Below are positions 14,241-27,251 of a stretch of DNA of 64,000 nucleotides, in pieces. A program made the translations under genes and the position numbers. Source of the stretch: Octopus sinensis (lineage: Eukaryota); NCBI RefSeq assembly GCF_006345805.1, contig NC_043007.1, positions 46,562,001-46,626,000 on the forward strand, given 5' to 3'. Under the pieces are notes generated by a model, which saw only the letters and a program-made list of their open reading frames with translations, searched no databases and was not told the origin of the DNA. Numbering within the stretch: the first letter of the stretch is position 1; the number at the start of each line of letters is the position of its first letter.

Positions 14241-14456
14241 TGTTTGTTTTCTACACCACCTGTCTTCGTCTTTTGTTTTTTCGTGAATTCTCCCTATATA
14301 TATATATATTATATATAATATATATATATATATATATAATATATATGTATATACTAATACATATATATATATATATACATATGTATATATACTAATACAT
14401 CTGTTTGTTTTCTACACCACCTGTCTTCGTCTTTTGTTTTTTCGTGAATTCTCCCT
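14241..14456. repeat. Two copies of a ~53-bp non-microsatellite segment embedded in (TA)n (probable PLE terminal fragment, locally duplicated)
   Basis: tgtttgttttctacaccacctgtcttcgtcttttgttttttcgtgaattctccc at ~14242-14295 and ~14404-14456, each preceded by the same atatactaatacat-type variant repeat. Confidence 0.6.
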
Positions 14457-14475
14457 ATATATATATACATATATA

Positions 14476-14551
<76 letters not shown>

Positions 14552-15860
14552 TATATACAGAGAGAGAGGTGGGAAAGAGAAAGGATGAATAAAACAGGCT
14601 GAAGGTTTATATGCATATATATGCATATGTATGTACACACGCACACACACTCACACAGACATATAAGGAGATTATTCCAAACCACACTTTTTAACTGTTT
14701 TAACTATTAAAGTCTAAATATCTCTACAATTACACTCCTATTCTCTAAATACATTAAATTTAGAAGATTATTGATGACCTTGAGCTATAAAATAACGAAA
14801 AGAGCTTTCATTTCTTCTGTTCAAATATATCTAGAGAGATTTAGATTAAATAAATGTTATTTATTAAATAGCTTTACTGAACGAGGCGGTATCCTTTCCA
14901 ATATAATTCATTTGCTTCAATCAATTCCAGTTATTTGTTATACCTTCAATAGCCCCTTCACGATGTGAAATTAGCTTAATACAGTACTGAATGTTTCTCA
15001 GAGGATGAACAAAGAACCTATTGCACGTTCCATAACTACTGTAACTGGTAGAATAATACAGACATAGGTTAACATTATATTCGGAGCCTTTCAACTGTGA
15101 GAATTCTAATGAAAACGATAGGCGTCAAGTGGTTATGCGAAGCCTGTTGACACACTAAGGTTACTTTACCTAGATTCTTTATCAAATTTCAGTCATTGGG
15201 ATTTACTTAATACGATGCTATGAAAGGAGATATGCACCTAGTGAACCACATAATGAGATCATACCAGAAATCAGTTTCAATCGACCGTTTTAGGAAACAG
15301 TTATATTTGCGAACTCCAATCAATATAGATGTCTAGTGCAATCAGATATTAATTGTACAATAACAGACTTGTTTGACAAAACTGAACAATCAGATATCAC
15401 AACCAGAGAAATTGTCATCTCTTAATCTTTAGATGAAATTTAGATCATGATTTAATATATACCGAATAAGTACATAAATATACCGAATAATTACATAAGT
15501 ACATATTCCGAATAAGTACACAAATATCATGACATGTAATATCTTTCAACAGATAAACGCATACAAAACGACCTGGCTGTGACTGCATGCTCAGTTTAAT
15601 TACTACAAGATATACTGTTGTATAGAACAAAACTGTCCCATGGAAAACAAACTACTCATTCAGATAATCAAAGTGAACACCAAATAATTAGTTACTGAAT
15701 CATAGGCACGTGAGTAGATATTTAATGCGCCCATGTGTGAAATACAGAGTAAGTCTGTCTATGTTTGATGTAATAAATATAAGTATACCGTCTAGAAAAC
15801 GTATTAGTTCAATATTTTTTTTAAATGTTACCAGGAATGAATTAAAACATTTACATTTAA

Positions 15861-16409
15861 TCTTTTACCTTTTACTAGTTTCAGTTATTAGACTGCGGAC
15901 CTGCTGGGGCACCGACATCAGGAAGTTTAGTCGAATGAATCGACACCAGTACTTCTGTTTCTAAAACTTGGTACTTGCTACATCGGTCACTTTTGGCAGA
16001 ACCGTGAGTTACGTAGACGTAAGTACACCAACATCGGTTGCCAAGCAGTGGGAAGGGACCAAACAGACAGAAAGACAGACATAGACACAGACACACAGAA
16101 GCACACACACAGAAACCCACACATATACACGCACGTACGCACACACACACACACTCGCACAAACACATTCACACTCACACAAAGACACACACCACACACA
16201 CACATACACACGCACGCGCACAAACACAGGAGAACCTCCTTTTAGTTTCCGTCTAACAAATCCACTCACAAGTCTTTGGTCGATCCGAGGCTATAGTAGA
16301 AGACACTTGTCCAAGTTGCCACGCTCACAAATATGCCACGCAGTGAAACTGAACTGGGAACCATGTAACGTGAAAGTAAATTTCTTACCACACAGCCACA
16401 CCTGCGCCT
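15861..16409 (-). mobile_element. tRNA-derived SINE (head, internal (TG)n/(TGTC)n tract, conserved tail)
   Basis: Minus-strand head ggcgcaggtgtggctgtgtggtaag...gttcag at ~16255-16409; microsatellite 16060-16225; tail 15861-16055 homologous to 27590-27778, 36885-36985 and 51355-51535. Confidence 0.75.
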
Positions 16410-18557
16410 AAATGAACAAACCAATAATGCCAATTCAAAAGGCACTTTGCATTGCCCGGTGTTTCATTATTTGATATTATTTCATCATGTGACTTGACCT
16501 TAAATATTACCCGCCTAATTGAAAGTGCCTCTATATTTGTGCATTGTTGAGCACCTATGAGATGATTTTTCTTGTGTACCTGTATATATCTAATTATTAC
16601 CACAATTCGCTATATACGAGGTTTACCCCAATTTCATTCCCTCGTAGCTGTTATTAAACCGCTGAATTACCAGTACTAGTTGCCTCCCCTTAATCACTAT
16701 CCCTTAGATCTCCTTCATTCTTCTCTCATGCATGCTCTAACGTTAAGATACTGAAGGACGTAAATGACTCCACGCTATCTATTCATTGACTTCTCCCCCA
16801 TATCTTTTGTCTTTTCTTGCTTATTTTATAAACAAATCATTTGTAACGGTTTTAACTTGTGACCCCAGTTCAAATTGTAACTGACCAATTGTAAAGACCG
16901 CTGGACTTAGACTTGCCCAAACGTGCACCATAGGTGGGACACTCGGTATTAATTTCTGTAAGTAAATTTTTCTTAAGCACCCTACGATAATTGTTTACTT
17001 TTACTTGAGTTTACTCCGGTAGCATGGGTACTGACCTTTGATAGTCATATTAGTATTTTCTTTATATATAGTTTCTTGATAACTTCTTCTTTTAAACATC
17101 CTGATACCCCTCTCCAGACCATTACTACCTCACTCTTTTACCCTGATGGTAAATTAATTGCTCTTAACATATTGGGCTTCAAGACTATTTGTCTGCCATG
17201 TTTCCGTTCCTTTTCCTTCTTCCTTTTGTTTATATTGTATGAACTTGTTTTTCACTCTAATGAAGATCCGTTGCCTTATTTCGAATGCCCTATGAAAATG
17301 AAGAACTTTATTCTTGCATTTATTCATAGACTGCATTTTGGTAGCCTATCAGTAACGGCTGTAAGATATATTACGTCACTTACTTTGTTATGTTATGCTT
17401 TGTGTTAAAAGATAAGCAATAAATGTGGTCCAATCGATGTGTTTGTTAATCTATGGTTTTCTCCATTTTCTAATTATTTATATATAAATAATGGAGCGGA
17501 AACATGGGAGTATAATTACGTTTATAAGAAAATTAGAGTCGATTAAAATTTGTATGTTGTAAGAATATTAATTACATCACCTGTAGAGTACCAGCGCTCC
17601 TTTACATTCTGCTAGCAGTGATTTATGCAAATATTTGTATTTCGAACGATGAAACCCTGTTTACTGCACAACACTCCACTGTCGATGTCCGTGTTAATCT
17701 TACAATATATCAAACTAGCACAATTCAAGATATCATATTACACAACATAACAATCATACACCTCTGTTCAGTTGAAATCAATCAATATGTCACATAGCAT
17801 AACATGTTACGACTATCATATTCAATCTTAGAAGATTTGCACTTGCTCTCTGGCATTTATTATTGGTGGCATATCAACATATGCACGCTCTAACAGAACA
17901 CCGCCAAAGTTGAACAAGTTTTAAATAAACTGACTTATGCGATGAAGCTTTCATTTCAATGATATCCTCCCAAGATAACGCTATTTGTGTGAAACTCAAA
18001 CTCTTAGAAATAGTAATATTTACTTAGTATAATATTATAATTCAATGTATGAAACCATATTTGAGCATGTATTAGAGCATGTACGCTTAGGAATGTATCT
18101 ATATTTTGTATGCATAGTTATTTTACGTATATATATATATATTGCAGAAATCATTTCATTATAGCTGACAAATTGAAGAGACAAAGGTTTCTTTTTTAAC
18201 AAACTGGGTCGATTCAGTATTCGCATTGCAACAATGATGGTACTGGCGATAGCTCGTAATCAATTGCTTTATTGTTCAACAAATCAATATGATATACATC
18301 AAATACATAAAAAAAATAATCGAGATGTATGTATTTTTAGCAATCTATTCCTTCCAGGCTTCTACTATAACTTCGCCCAATACACATCAGAACGCCATCA
18401 GCTGTGAAAAACTAGTCTCCATTTGCTTTTTATAAAATAATTACGCAATTTCATTTGATCCCCCACCCCAAAAAAATTGTACAAAACATCTCACAAAAAA
18501 TTGCAAAGGATATTATGTGTCAATGAACATTATCATTATCATTTTTTATTTTCTTTA

Positions 18558-18618
<61 letters not shown>

Positions 18619-18666
18619 GTTATTGTTGTTGTTGTTGTTGTTGTTATTATCATCATCATCATCATA

Positions 18667-18879
18667 ATGGTAGTGAGCAACCAGATTCGTTACTGTACCA
18701 GGCAAAATGCTTTGCGGTCTTTCGCCCGTCTCTACACTATGTATTCGAATGCTGCCAAGGTCGACTTTGCCTTTTATCTTTTCGAGAGCCATAAATTAAG
18801 TATCAGTGAAACACTGGTGTCGATGACTTCGAATAGTCCTCTCCCTCAAAATTTCAGACCTTCTGCCTTCAGTAGAAAT
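18667..18879 (+). mobile_element. Second SINE family copy (ggtcgactttgcctttcatcc-type core) inside a trinucleotide tract
   Basis: Homologous by eye to 37821-38038 and 48041-48395. Confidence 0.7.
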
Positions 18880-18887
18880 GATTGTTG

Positions 18888-18955
<68 letters not shown>

Positions 18956-19712
18956 ATTATCGTTATTATTATTATTATCATCATTATTATTATCATCATC
19001 ATCATCATTATTATTGTTGTTATTGTTGTTGTTGTTATTATTATTATGAGTGAGAGAGCAGTGCATGCCGTCAAACTGACACTGGAGTGTAAATAAACGA
19101 ATCCCAATATACCCATCATGATTATTCGTTTCATAAGGACACTACCGGCACATGCATCATAATCATGGGAACGCGACATGGTGATCTCATATCAAATTAA
19201 CAGCGAATGACCTTGTATGTAGTACCCTGATAGAATTTTCTTCAGGTCGGGGAAATATGATGTACTAGCATGCACATATTTTGCAAAGATAGAAATTACC
19301 GTCGAAGATGTAGTTAAAACCATGCCGTAAGGGAACATATCACGCATTTATGCATTTTCTTTGGCGTTTTAGTTGTAATCTGACATCGGACTGTTATAAC
19401 GTCCAATCCGTTATAGCAGTATAGTTATTTAGACAAATAAAAGACACGACTATCACCGATTTCGCCGACTTCTCGGCCATTCGACTTCCCACGTCGCAGT
19501 ATTTGTAACGACCATACATACCACACGTCAAATGGGAGAGGTGTTTCACTGTTATTACTATTATCCCCATAACATCTACCCTTTAAAAGTTTTTTCTCAG
19601 GGTATGTAATTTCATTTTCTTTCATTAACAATAATTTTTATATCACCCCCACCTCCCTTTTCGAGTTTTTCCATACCGTTAGAAATTTTATATATTTTTC
19701 GTTTGGCGCCCA

Positions 19713-20390
19713 CTATTTTCTCTGTGTCGTATTTAAATTTACTATTCTTCCACACTTTTCTGACACTTGTAAGGTTACAGTTTCGTGATATTCCAGCTTA
19801 GCGAGAACTCTCCTTCTTACGTCTACGTCTTTTTCTGCAGTTAGTCCCTGAGTAAATATCAGGCACTTGAGCATGTCTGGCATTAACTCATCCAGTTTGA
19901 ACTTTTTGCATTTTCTGTTAACTTTATTAGCATACGTGATGTAGTCCTCCTCGTTGTTCTTTTTTAGGTTCAAACAATTCCAGCGTGTATTAAATAACGA
20001 GCTTTTCTCCTTAACAATTTTACACATTATGTCTATTGCAATTCTAAATTTCACGACAGAACGTTTTTCTGGAGTACGTAATTGCTGTAAATCTCATGTT
20101 ATCCTGGTGTCAGTTTTCTTAGGATTAGATATGTTTTCATATCGTCGTCCCAATCTTTGCACTCGTTATTGAAGATCTGTTAGTATCTTCCATAGTACGC
20201 TTCGAATGTAACTCCTTCGTCTGGTCCATACTTAAAATCCATTATTGAGTTTCCAAGATAATCTGGCGAGAATATCATTTCAGCATTTTTGGACGACTTA
20301 CTGTTGATTAATTGCAGGATTTGTTGCTGTAATAGTAATTGTTATTGTTGTTTTTGCAACTTGACCAAACCGGCCAACAATTTTTCCATA
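19713..20390 (-). mobile_element. Ty3/Gypsy LTR-retrotransposon gag remnant
   Basis: DFKYGPDEGVTFEAYYGRY..IFNNECKDWDDDMK..LILRKL and SLFNTRWNCLNLKKNNEEDYITYANKVNRKCKKFKL..LKCLIFTQGL..DVRRRVLAKLE match the gag pattern of invertebrate Gypsy elements (recognised by eye). Stops and frameshifts present. Confidence 0.7.
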
Positions 20391-21126
20391 ATTTTACGAG
20401 GCGCTGAGGGATGAAATCATGCATAATGATGTTGTTTCCTTGATGTTTGCCAATGAATCCATCTTGAAGAAGGTAAATCAAAAAAAGAAAGTTTAAAAAT
20501 TGAAATACAAATTTTAAAAACTGTTTAAGGAAGTGCTACACTTGTGCTATGGTTAAATACTTCATAACATTTTTTTTTTAATTCTACGTCCTCATATTGG
20601 CTGTTTCAAAAATACTTTGAACTAAAAGCTAATAATAAAATGAAGTCGTGAAAAGAAGAACAAAGAACGCATCATTGAATTTATTCAATATAAAATTTCA
20701 CACAGAAATAAAGGTTGGCAAAATAAAAATGGACTAAAATGGCATGAATACGCTAAGGTCACTGAGTAACCATCTCTCTTAATGCTGCCAACTGTAACAA
20801 TTACAAAATCACATCAATAGTAGTGGACATTTAATCAATTAAACGAGTGTTCAAAAATATTGGCCTTGGATCTAGGCGAAATATATCAACAGCGTACGCT
20901 TTAGATTGGAAAGGTATAAGTGACAGCCTATAAATCTTAGGAAGGTGAAGTCAGTTCAGTTTACTAACGTACATTTTGTATGAAATATATTAAATTTGCA
21001 ATATATTCTACAGTGAATGTTTAATAACACAGGGTTCCTACACATCCAGAATGTATGTAATACATACATATATACGTGCATACATACATACATACATACA
21101 TACATACATACATACATACATACATA

Positions 21127-21235
21127 CAAGGCTTTTGTCGGCCCGACACATGGCCAAGGTGGCACGCAGTATGATTGTACCCGGGACCGTGTGATAGGGA
21201 AGCAAGCTTCTTATCGCACAGTCACGCCTGCACCT
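21127..21235 (-). mobile_element. SINE head fragment
   Basis: Minus strand ggtgcaggcgtgactgtgcgataagaagcttgcttccc..., similar to the head at 16255-16409. Confidence 0.55.
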
Positions 21236-21394
21236 ATACTTTTTTATATATATATATACACATACATACATACATACATACATACATACATACATACAAC
21301 ATACATACATATACACATACATATACATACACACACACACACACACCACACATATATATATATATATTATATATATATATGGGTGGATGGATGG

Positions 21395-21467
<73 letters not shown>

Positions 21468-21627
21468 CTCTCCTTTGTCAATCACTAAGTTCAGTGCTTT
21501 TCTGGCTTTTGAGTTGATTTAACTACTTTTGTGATCTCTATTAACTGTGTCTTTAGGTTCTAATCGCTATAATAAGCCAATTACTTGAGTTCGTTTATAT
21601 ATTAATATATATATATATATACATAAA

Positions 21628-22396
21628 TAGTCATACGATATAGAGCATATTTATACACATAAGGAATCTACTTTACGTGAAATTCAACACATTAGAAAGA
21701 ACAGCTAGGTTCTGTAAACCACAGAAATTCGACAGTGGATTCCTTATGTGTATAAATATGCACTATATCGTATGACTAACATATAGTCTTCTTGACTAAT
21801 TTTTTTTGCACGTTAGACCACTGAAAATGTAAATTTTGATTGAATATTCTAATTTTAATTAAATTACATTTCCCTTTGATATGATTAAATATTTTTTGTT
21901 TTTTTGGATAATTTTCGGTTAAAAGTTGGCGGTTTTTATTGTAGCCAGTGATTGGACTGGGATTGCGCAGAAATATTTGAAAAGTTAGTTCGTATGAACA
22001 CGAGACAAGTAGCCTTGTTTGTCTCCTGTTGAATATGCTTAACCCTAGGTTGGACCTTGCTGAAGAAGATCAGACCTTGTGAGTTCCCCCTGACTCGCTA
22101 AAAGAAAATCAGAAACCAATTGGTCCAGGGTACTAGATGGTAACTGTTTTTCATTTCCCAATTTATTCCTATCGAATTTTATCCGTTATTTTTGTGGTTT
22201 ACAGAGCCTAGCTGTTCTTTCTAATGTGTTGAATTTCACGTAAAACGGATCCCTTATGTGTATAAATATGCACTATATCGTATGGCTAATATATAGTCTT
22301 CTAGACTAATTTTTTTGCACGTTAGACCACTGGAAATGTAAATTTTGATTGAATATTTTAATTTTAATTAAATTCCATTTCCCTTTGATATGATTA
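21628..22396 (+). mobile_element. Non-autonomous Penelope-like / retrozyme-like element (~510-bp unit with direct and inverted partial copies)
   Basis: 21737-21887 is directly repeated at 22247-22396 (period ~510 bp). 21628-21733 is an inverted copy of ~22170-22288. HHR at 22055-22130. (TA)n on both flanks; no ORF. Confidence 0.7.
22055..22130 (+). ncRNA. Minimal type I hammerhead ribozyme motif
   Basis: ccttg-CTGAAGA-agat...aatca-GAAAC-caattg-GTC-caggg. Stem I is 5 bp, stem III is the palindrome ACCAATTGGT (dimer-type), cleavage triplet GUC; the base of stem II is imperfect. Confidence 0.65.
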
Positions 22397-22398
22397 TA

Positions 22399-22437
<39 letters not shown>

Positions 22438-22647
22438 GTGAGATAGAAAGATGAATAATCTTGTAGTAGATTAATCAAAAGTTTAACCGATACCTTAGTA
22501 GCAAAAATCACAGCAGAAACACACGGTTGGAGGTACACCATCTGGCGTTGCAACCGTGCGTTGGTGCGGACAATTGAAATTAAAACATTATTGGTGAATT
22601 GAAGAAATGGAGCTGAACGCAGATTGAACAGAAATCGTTTTATTTCA

Positions 22648-22731
22648 TTCTACACGTGTTTCGAAAGGCACAAATTACCAAAATCCGATTGAATAATGGG
22701 ACCATATTGTGTCTTTCTCATCAGGAAGAAA
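22648..22731 (-). ncRNA. Minimal hammerhead ribozyme, 3' pLTR copy
   Basis: Minus strand tttcttc-CTGATGA-gaaagacacaa...ttgtgcctttc-GAAAC-acgt-GTA-gaatgaaa. 11-bp stem II with one mismatch, palindromic stem III ACACGTGT, triplet GUA. Confidence 0.8.
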
Positions 22732-23336
22732 AAAGGAAATCCGTTGGAAAACAAAAAACAGAACAGAGGCGGAGAAAAAAACAAATCGAACTGTGCTCCT
22801 AAGAGCCCATGGCGAAACTGTTTATCAGTGTATGTTGAGAACCGGTGGCTGAAGAATTCAACGGGTCAGCATCGGTCAATCATGTGGGTGAGGGTGTATA
22901 GATGTTCTTTGTGACCGAGAATAAAGTTCTGACTATTTAAGGAATATTGGATGTTTTATAAGGGGCGAGAAAAAATCTACTTAGAGACGTGTGTGTGTGT
23001 ATACTGTTCTATATATGTGTGTGTTGGCGTAGGGGTAGAAAACATTTTTTGTGTACGTGTGTGCGTTTGATCGTTCGGCTGTCAGTGGCTACTGCCGTGA
23101 TAACCATTGGGTGGCAGAGAGAAAAAAATAAAGAAAAAAAAATATATATATTATGTTTTATGTGTGTGTGTGTTCATCTGAGCCTGCCTTGTCAAGGAAA
23201 CCCCCCGCTGTGAGAAAACCAAGCCCCGTTTGTCTTACAGGAGTAATTCCCCTTGCAGTGGTTAATCGTAGATATCTTAAAGGCTATTTCAGAATTTGTT
23301 ACCAAGGGCTATGGGTGCCGGTACTATTTATAAACG

Positions 23337-26034
23337 CTATTTAAAGGCCAGGTAAGTGTAACGCCGCCAATGGGGGCATCGAAAAGCCGACTGTAAGAGC
23401 CCGTTTACCATCCGGCCTCTGGCAAACAAAATATGGAAGAGTTCGGAGACACAAAGGTTGCACTGTCTTCTGCCCCTATCAAATGGGAGGGCCACCGACA
23501 AAATTGACCATTCCAGCCTATAGCTTAAGTTCGCATCCTTCAGTCGCCATATTAGCTTACTGAGTCCCGTGGTCTGGCGCTTGTTCACGTCCCGAAAAGT
23601 TGCGTAATGGTTGGAGACACGCAAAGACAATCTTGAGGATGATGCCCCTACATAAGTGAAGGCATCTGAGTCCGTGTAAACCTTGCATTGGTAGACGGCG
23701 TTTTTGATCTTGGAGTTCGCCGACGTGAATCTTAATCTGCTAGGATTAGTTTCTGAAATTAGAACTGCGTTCCTGTCACTATATTCGTTCCGAGACCTGC
23801 AGCCGCTTACTACTCTATTTTCCACTACGTCACTATTAACTATAGGAATAACCCCTGATTCTCCACTATCTATCAGAGTGCTGTCATTGCTACTGCCCGT
23901 GGTACTGCTATTGCGGGAAATGATGCTGGGGATGCTAATGGGGCTCTCTACCCTACTCCCATTATACCGTCAACCACAACACCCCTATTTATAACTATAC
24001 CCCTAGTGGGTACTCCCTGGCTGGAGCTGAGATTATGTGTCACTGTACTGGCTCTCATCTCATTATTACTACTATAAATATTCCTACTGAGCATTAAACC
24101 GGGAGCGGAAGAGGCTGTGCCTCCGGAAAAAGGTGATAGGGTCTTAGTAAGTAGCCTATTATTATGGGAGGCGATTATCTGGGCGAGGTTTTTAGTGTTG
24201 GAGAAAGCTATCCTAACTTTATGTGAGTTAACCGTGGAGTAATATTTGGAATTTCTGGGGAAGTTATTGGCGATGGCTTGTCTAAACATGAGGGGGAGGT
24301 TAGTTCTAATCTGCTTACCAAAGGGGATTACAAACCATATATGCTTATTCCTATCAGTGTGATGGGTCGGGACGCCAGCTCTCGCATTCGGGTGGGTGAT
24401 TCTCGGATGAATAACGGGTCTTGGGTTAGTGTAAGACCTCCCGGACCGATAATTATCCTTGTTCGCTAAATTAAATGCGGGAGCGACTACCCCGGCACCC
24501 GCCGCGCTCCCGTCCTTACTTAAAATGTTAATGTTATTATATACGGCCCTATCCTGATGACCGAATGATGGCATCGGAAGGGCCGGATCAATATAAATTA
24601 CCTTCTGCCTATAACCGGCCTTGGATAGTGCGGCGTTATAAAATTCGCTTTCTGCATAAAAATATCGGCACTGGCGGACAAGCCAGACAATCTTAGAGAG
24701 ATGTTTTTAACCAAATTGTCTGTTACGGTTTTGGCATGATTTGAGAAGACACTGACATACTTCAAATTAGTGGAAGGCTTATGGTAAGGGCAGTATGAGT
24801 CGCTATTAAGGTTAAGTGTAACGTCTAGGAAATTAGCCTTGGTGAGTTCATTATCAAAAACTATACTCATGCCCATTCTATTAAAAAACCTAGCTAACCT
24901 GCTCTTAGTTTTCTGCACTATTCTGTTCGTGGTGTTTTGCAGGTAAAACAGACAATCGTCACGATACAGGCCGCCCGCGATCTCCGGGAATTGGTCGGAC
25001 AATTCGTAGAGATATATATATTCCGACCAAATCGGCTATCTGCGCACTATCCGAACTACCCATAGGCACATCAAATCATTGGAGTATCTTTACGGATCCA
25101 CAACTTATTATCAAACTTAATAAACGATTTCCTGGCACTACTAAAATGATATCTATCTCTTCTCTGGTGAGGCCAGCCTTGTTGTGAGCATGCCAGAGGG
25201 CCTTATTTAGCACACTAGGGTTAATCGAGGGGTAGAAGCTGGCGATATCAAACTGAATGAACCTAGTACGGTTCTTATTGGGGATGGAAGAGAACCACTT
25301 CACTACCTGCGAGGAGTTGGCCCAGAGGCTGAGCTTCAGCTTGTTTACTAAACTAGGGATATATTTATCTAAAATGTACTTACTGATTATCCCGATATCA
25401 GATCTAGCAGGGCATATGAGTCTTAGCGCTGGGTTGGTGTGGAAGTTAGGTTTATGGTCCTTCACTATAAATCTGGGTTGCTTGGGGCTAAGCGGCTGAG
25501 TTCTCATTTGAATTCGGTGTGTTTAAATATTATATCCTTAATTTCCAAGTTTACCTTCCTCAGGGTACTCCAATTGGTTTTTCTATAATTTTTCTTGATC
25601 TCTTTACCGAGTAAATCTAGGTACTGCTTAATGGGCATCTTGTATGTGTTCCTGGTCTTGTCGGACTGGACCAGGACTCCGTCCGTTCTATTAATGTCCT
25701 TGGTAATTTTATCTAGGTATCTGAGGTGGGCATTTCTCCTGGGTGACTTCCTGAACTTAATCTTTCTAACTATGTCCCACAAGTCGTCCTCAAACTTCTT
25801 CAGTCTTGGGTTCGGTGGCGGCGTATCCAATGTTTTAAAAAGCCGGCCGTATTCGGACGATGCTGTTGTCCGGTTCGATTTTAGATCTTCGTTCTCGTGG
25901 AAGAAAATGAGCCATCTTATCCGGTTTATGAATGCGTTGGTTTTACAAACCAACTCCTTAAGGAAGGCATCCTTTGGTGGTATAGGAATATCCTTAAGGG
26001 ACGCATCAATCTCGAACAACTCCATTATTGGCAT
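23337..26034 (-). pseudogene. PLE polyprotein (~900 aa if frames are joined): RT and GIY-YIG endonuclease; frameshifted in this sequence
   Basis: N-terminal SLKDIPIP..FINRIRW; KDHKPNF..RLICP; motif A FDIASFYPSI; motif B FDVPMGSSDSAQIADLVG (~25010-25075); motif C LYRDD; NFLDVTLNL. EN: AVYQCKV..TYVG..LRVSNH..LSKLIWRLK..CNLCVSE..RCPH. About six frameshifts (~25510, 25137, 25077, 25010, 24645, 23960). Confidence 0.9.
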
Positions 26035-26287
26035 CGGTTAAAGTAGCAGTTTCTTGACGAAGCGGTATGTATTATGTGAAATAGAAAGATGAATAATCTT
26101 GTAGTAGATTAATCAAAAGTTTAACCGATACCTTAGTAGCAAAAATCACAGCAGTAAACAGCACGGTTGGAGGTACAACCATCTGGCGTTGCAACCGTGC
26201 GTTGGTGCGGACAATTGAAATTAAAACATTATTGGTGAATTGAAGAAATGGAGCTGAACGCAGATTGAACAGAAATCGTTTTTTCAT

Positions 26288-26371
26288 TTCTACACGTGTT
26301 TCGAAAGGCACAAATTACCAAAATCCGATTGAATAATGGGACCATATTGTGTCTTTCTCATCAGGAAGAAA
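26288..26371 (-). ncRNA. Minimal hammerhead ribozyme, 5' pLTR copy
   Basis: Same core, stem II and stem III as 22648-22731. Confidence 0.8.
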
Positions 26372-27251
26372 AAGAAATCCGTTGGAATTTCGGGACGTGA
26401 ACAAGCGCCAGACCACGGGACTCAGTAAGCTAATATGGCGACTGAAGGATGCGAACTTAAGCTATAGGCTGGAATGGTCAATTTTGTCGGTGGCCCTCCA
26501 TTTGATAGGGGCAGAAGACAGTGCAACCTTTGTGTCTCCGAACTCTTCCATATTTTGTTTGCCAGAGGCCGGATGGTAAACGGGCTCTTACAGTCGGCTT
26601 TTCGATGCCCCCATTGGCGGCGTTACACTTACCTGGCCTTTAAATAGCGTTTATAAATAGTACCGGCACCCATAGCCCTTGTAACAAATTCTGAAATAGC
26701 CTTTAAGATATCTACGATTAACCACTGCAAGGGGAATTACTCCTGTAAGACAAACGGGGCTTGGTTTTCTCACAGCGGGGGGTTTCCTGACAAGGCAGGC
26801 TCAGATGAACACACACACACATAAAACATAATATTATATATATATTTTTTTTTTTTTTTTTTCTCTCTGCCACCCAACGGTTATCACGGCAGTAGCCACT
26901 GACAGCCGAACGATCAAACGCACACACGTACACAAAAATGTTTTCTACCCCTACGCCAACACACACATATATAGAACAGTATACACACACACACGTCTCT
27001 AAGTAGATTTTTTCTCGCCCCTTATAAAACATAAATATTCCTTAAATAGTCAGAACTTTATTCTCGGTCACAAAGAACATCTATACACCCTCACCCACAT
27101 GATTGACCGATGCCTGACCCGTTGAATTCCTCAGCCACCGGTTCTCAACATACACTGATAAACAGTTTCGCCATGGGCTCTTAGGAGCACAGTTCGATTT
27201 GTTTTTTGCTCCGCCTCTGTTCTGTTTTTGTGTTTCCAACGGATTTCCTTT

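Noticed and set aside
23948-23972. TGA in the PLE linker as a possible selenocysteine codon (as in some Naiad PLEs)
   Set aside because: The TGA is in the downstream frame, upstream of the frameshift overlap, so no read-through is needed. Domain order here is RT then EN, unlike Naiads, and no SECIS was identified.
25595-26041. Plus-strand ORFs antisense to the PLE (also 23704-23994, 25257-25499) and to the CR1 (58742-59335)
   Set aside because: Shadow frames of real coding sequence with no independent motif.
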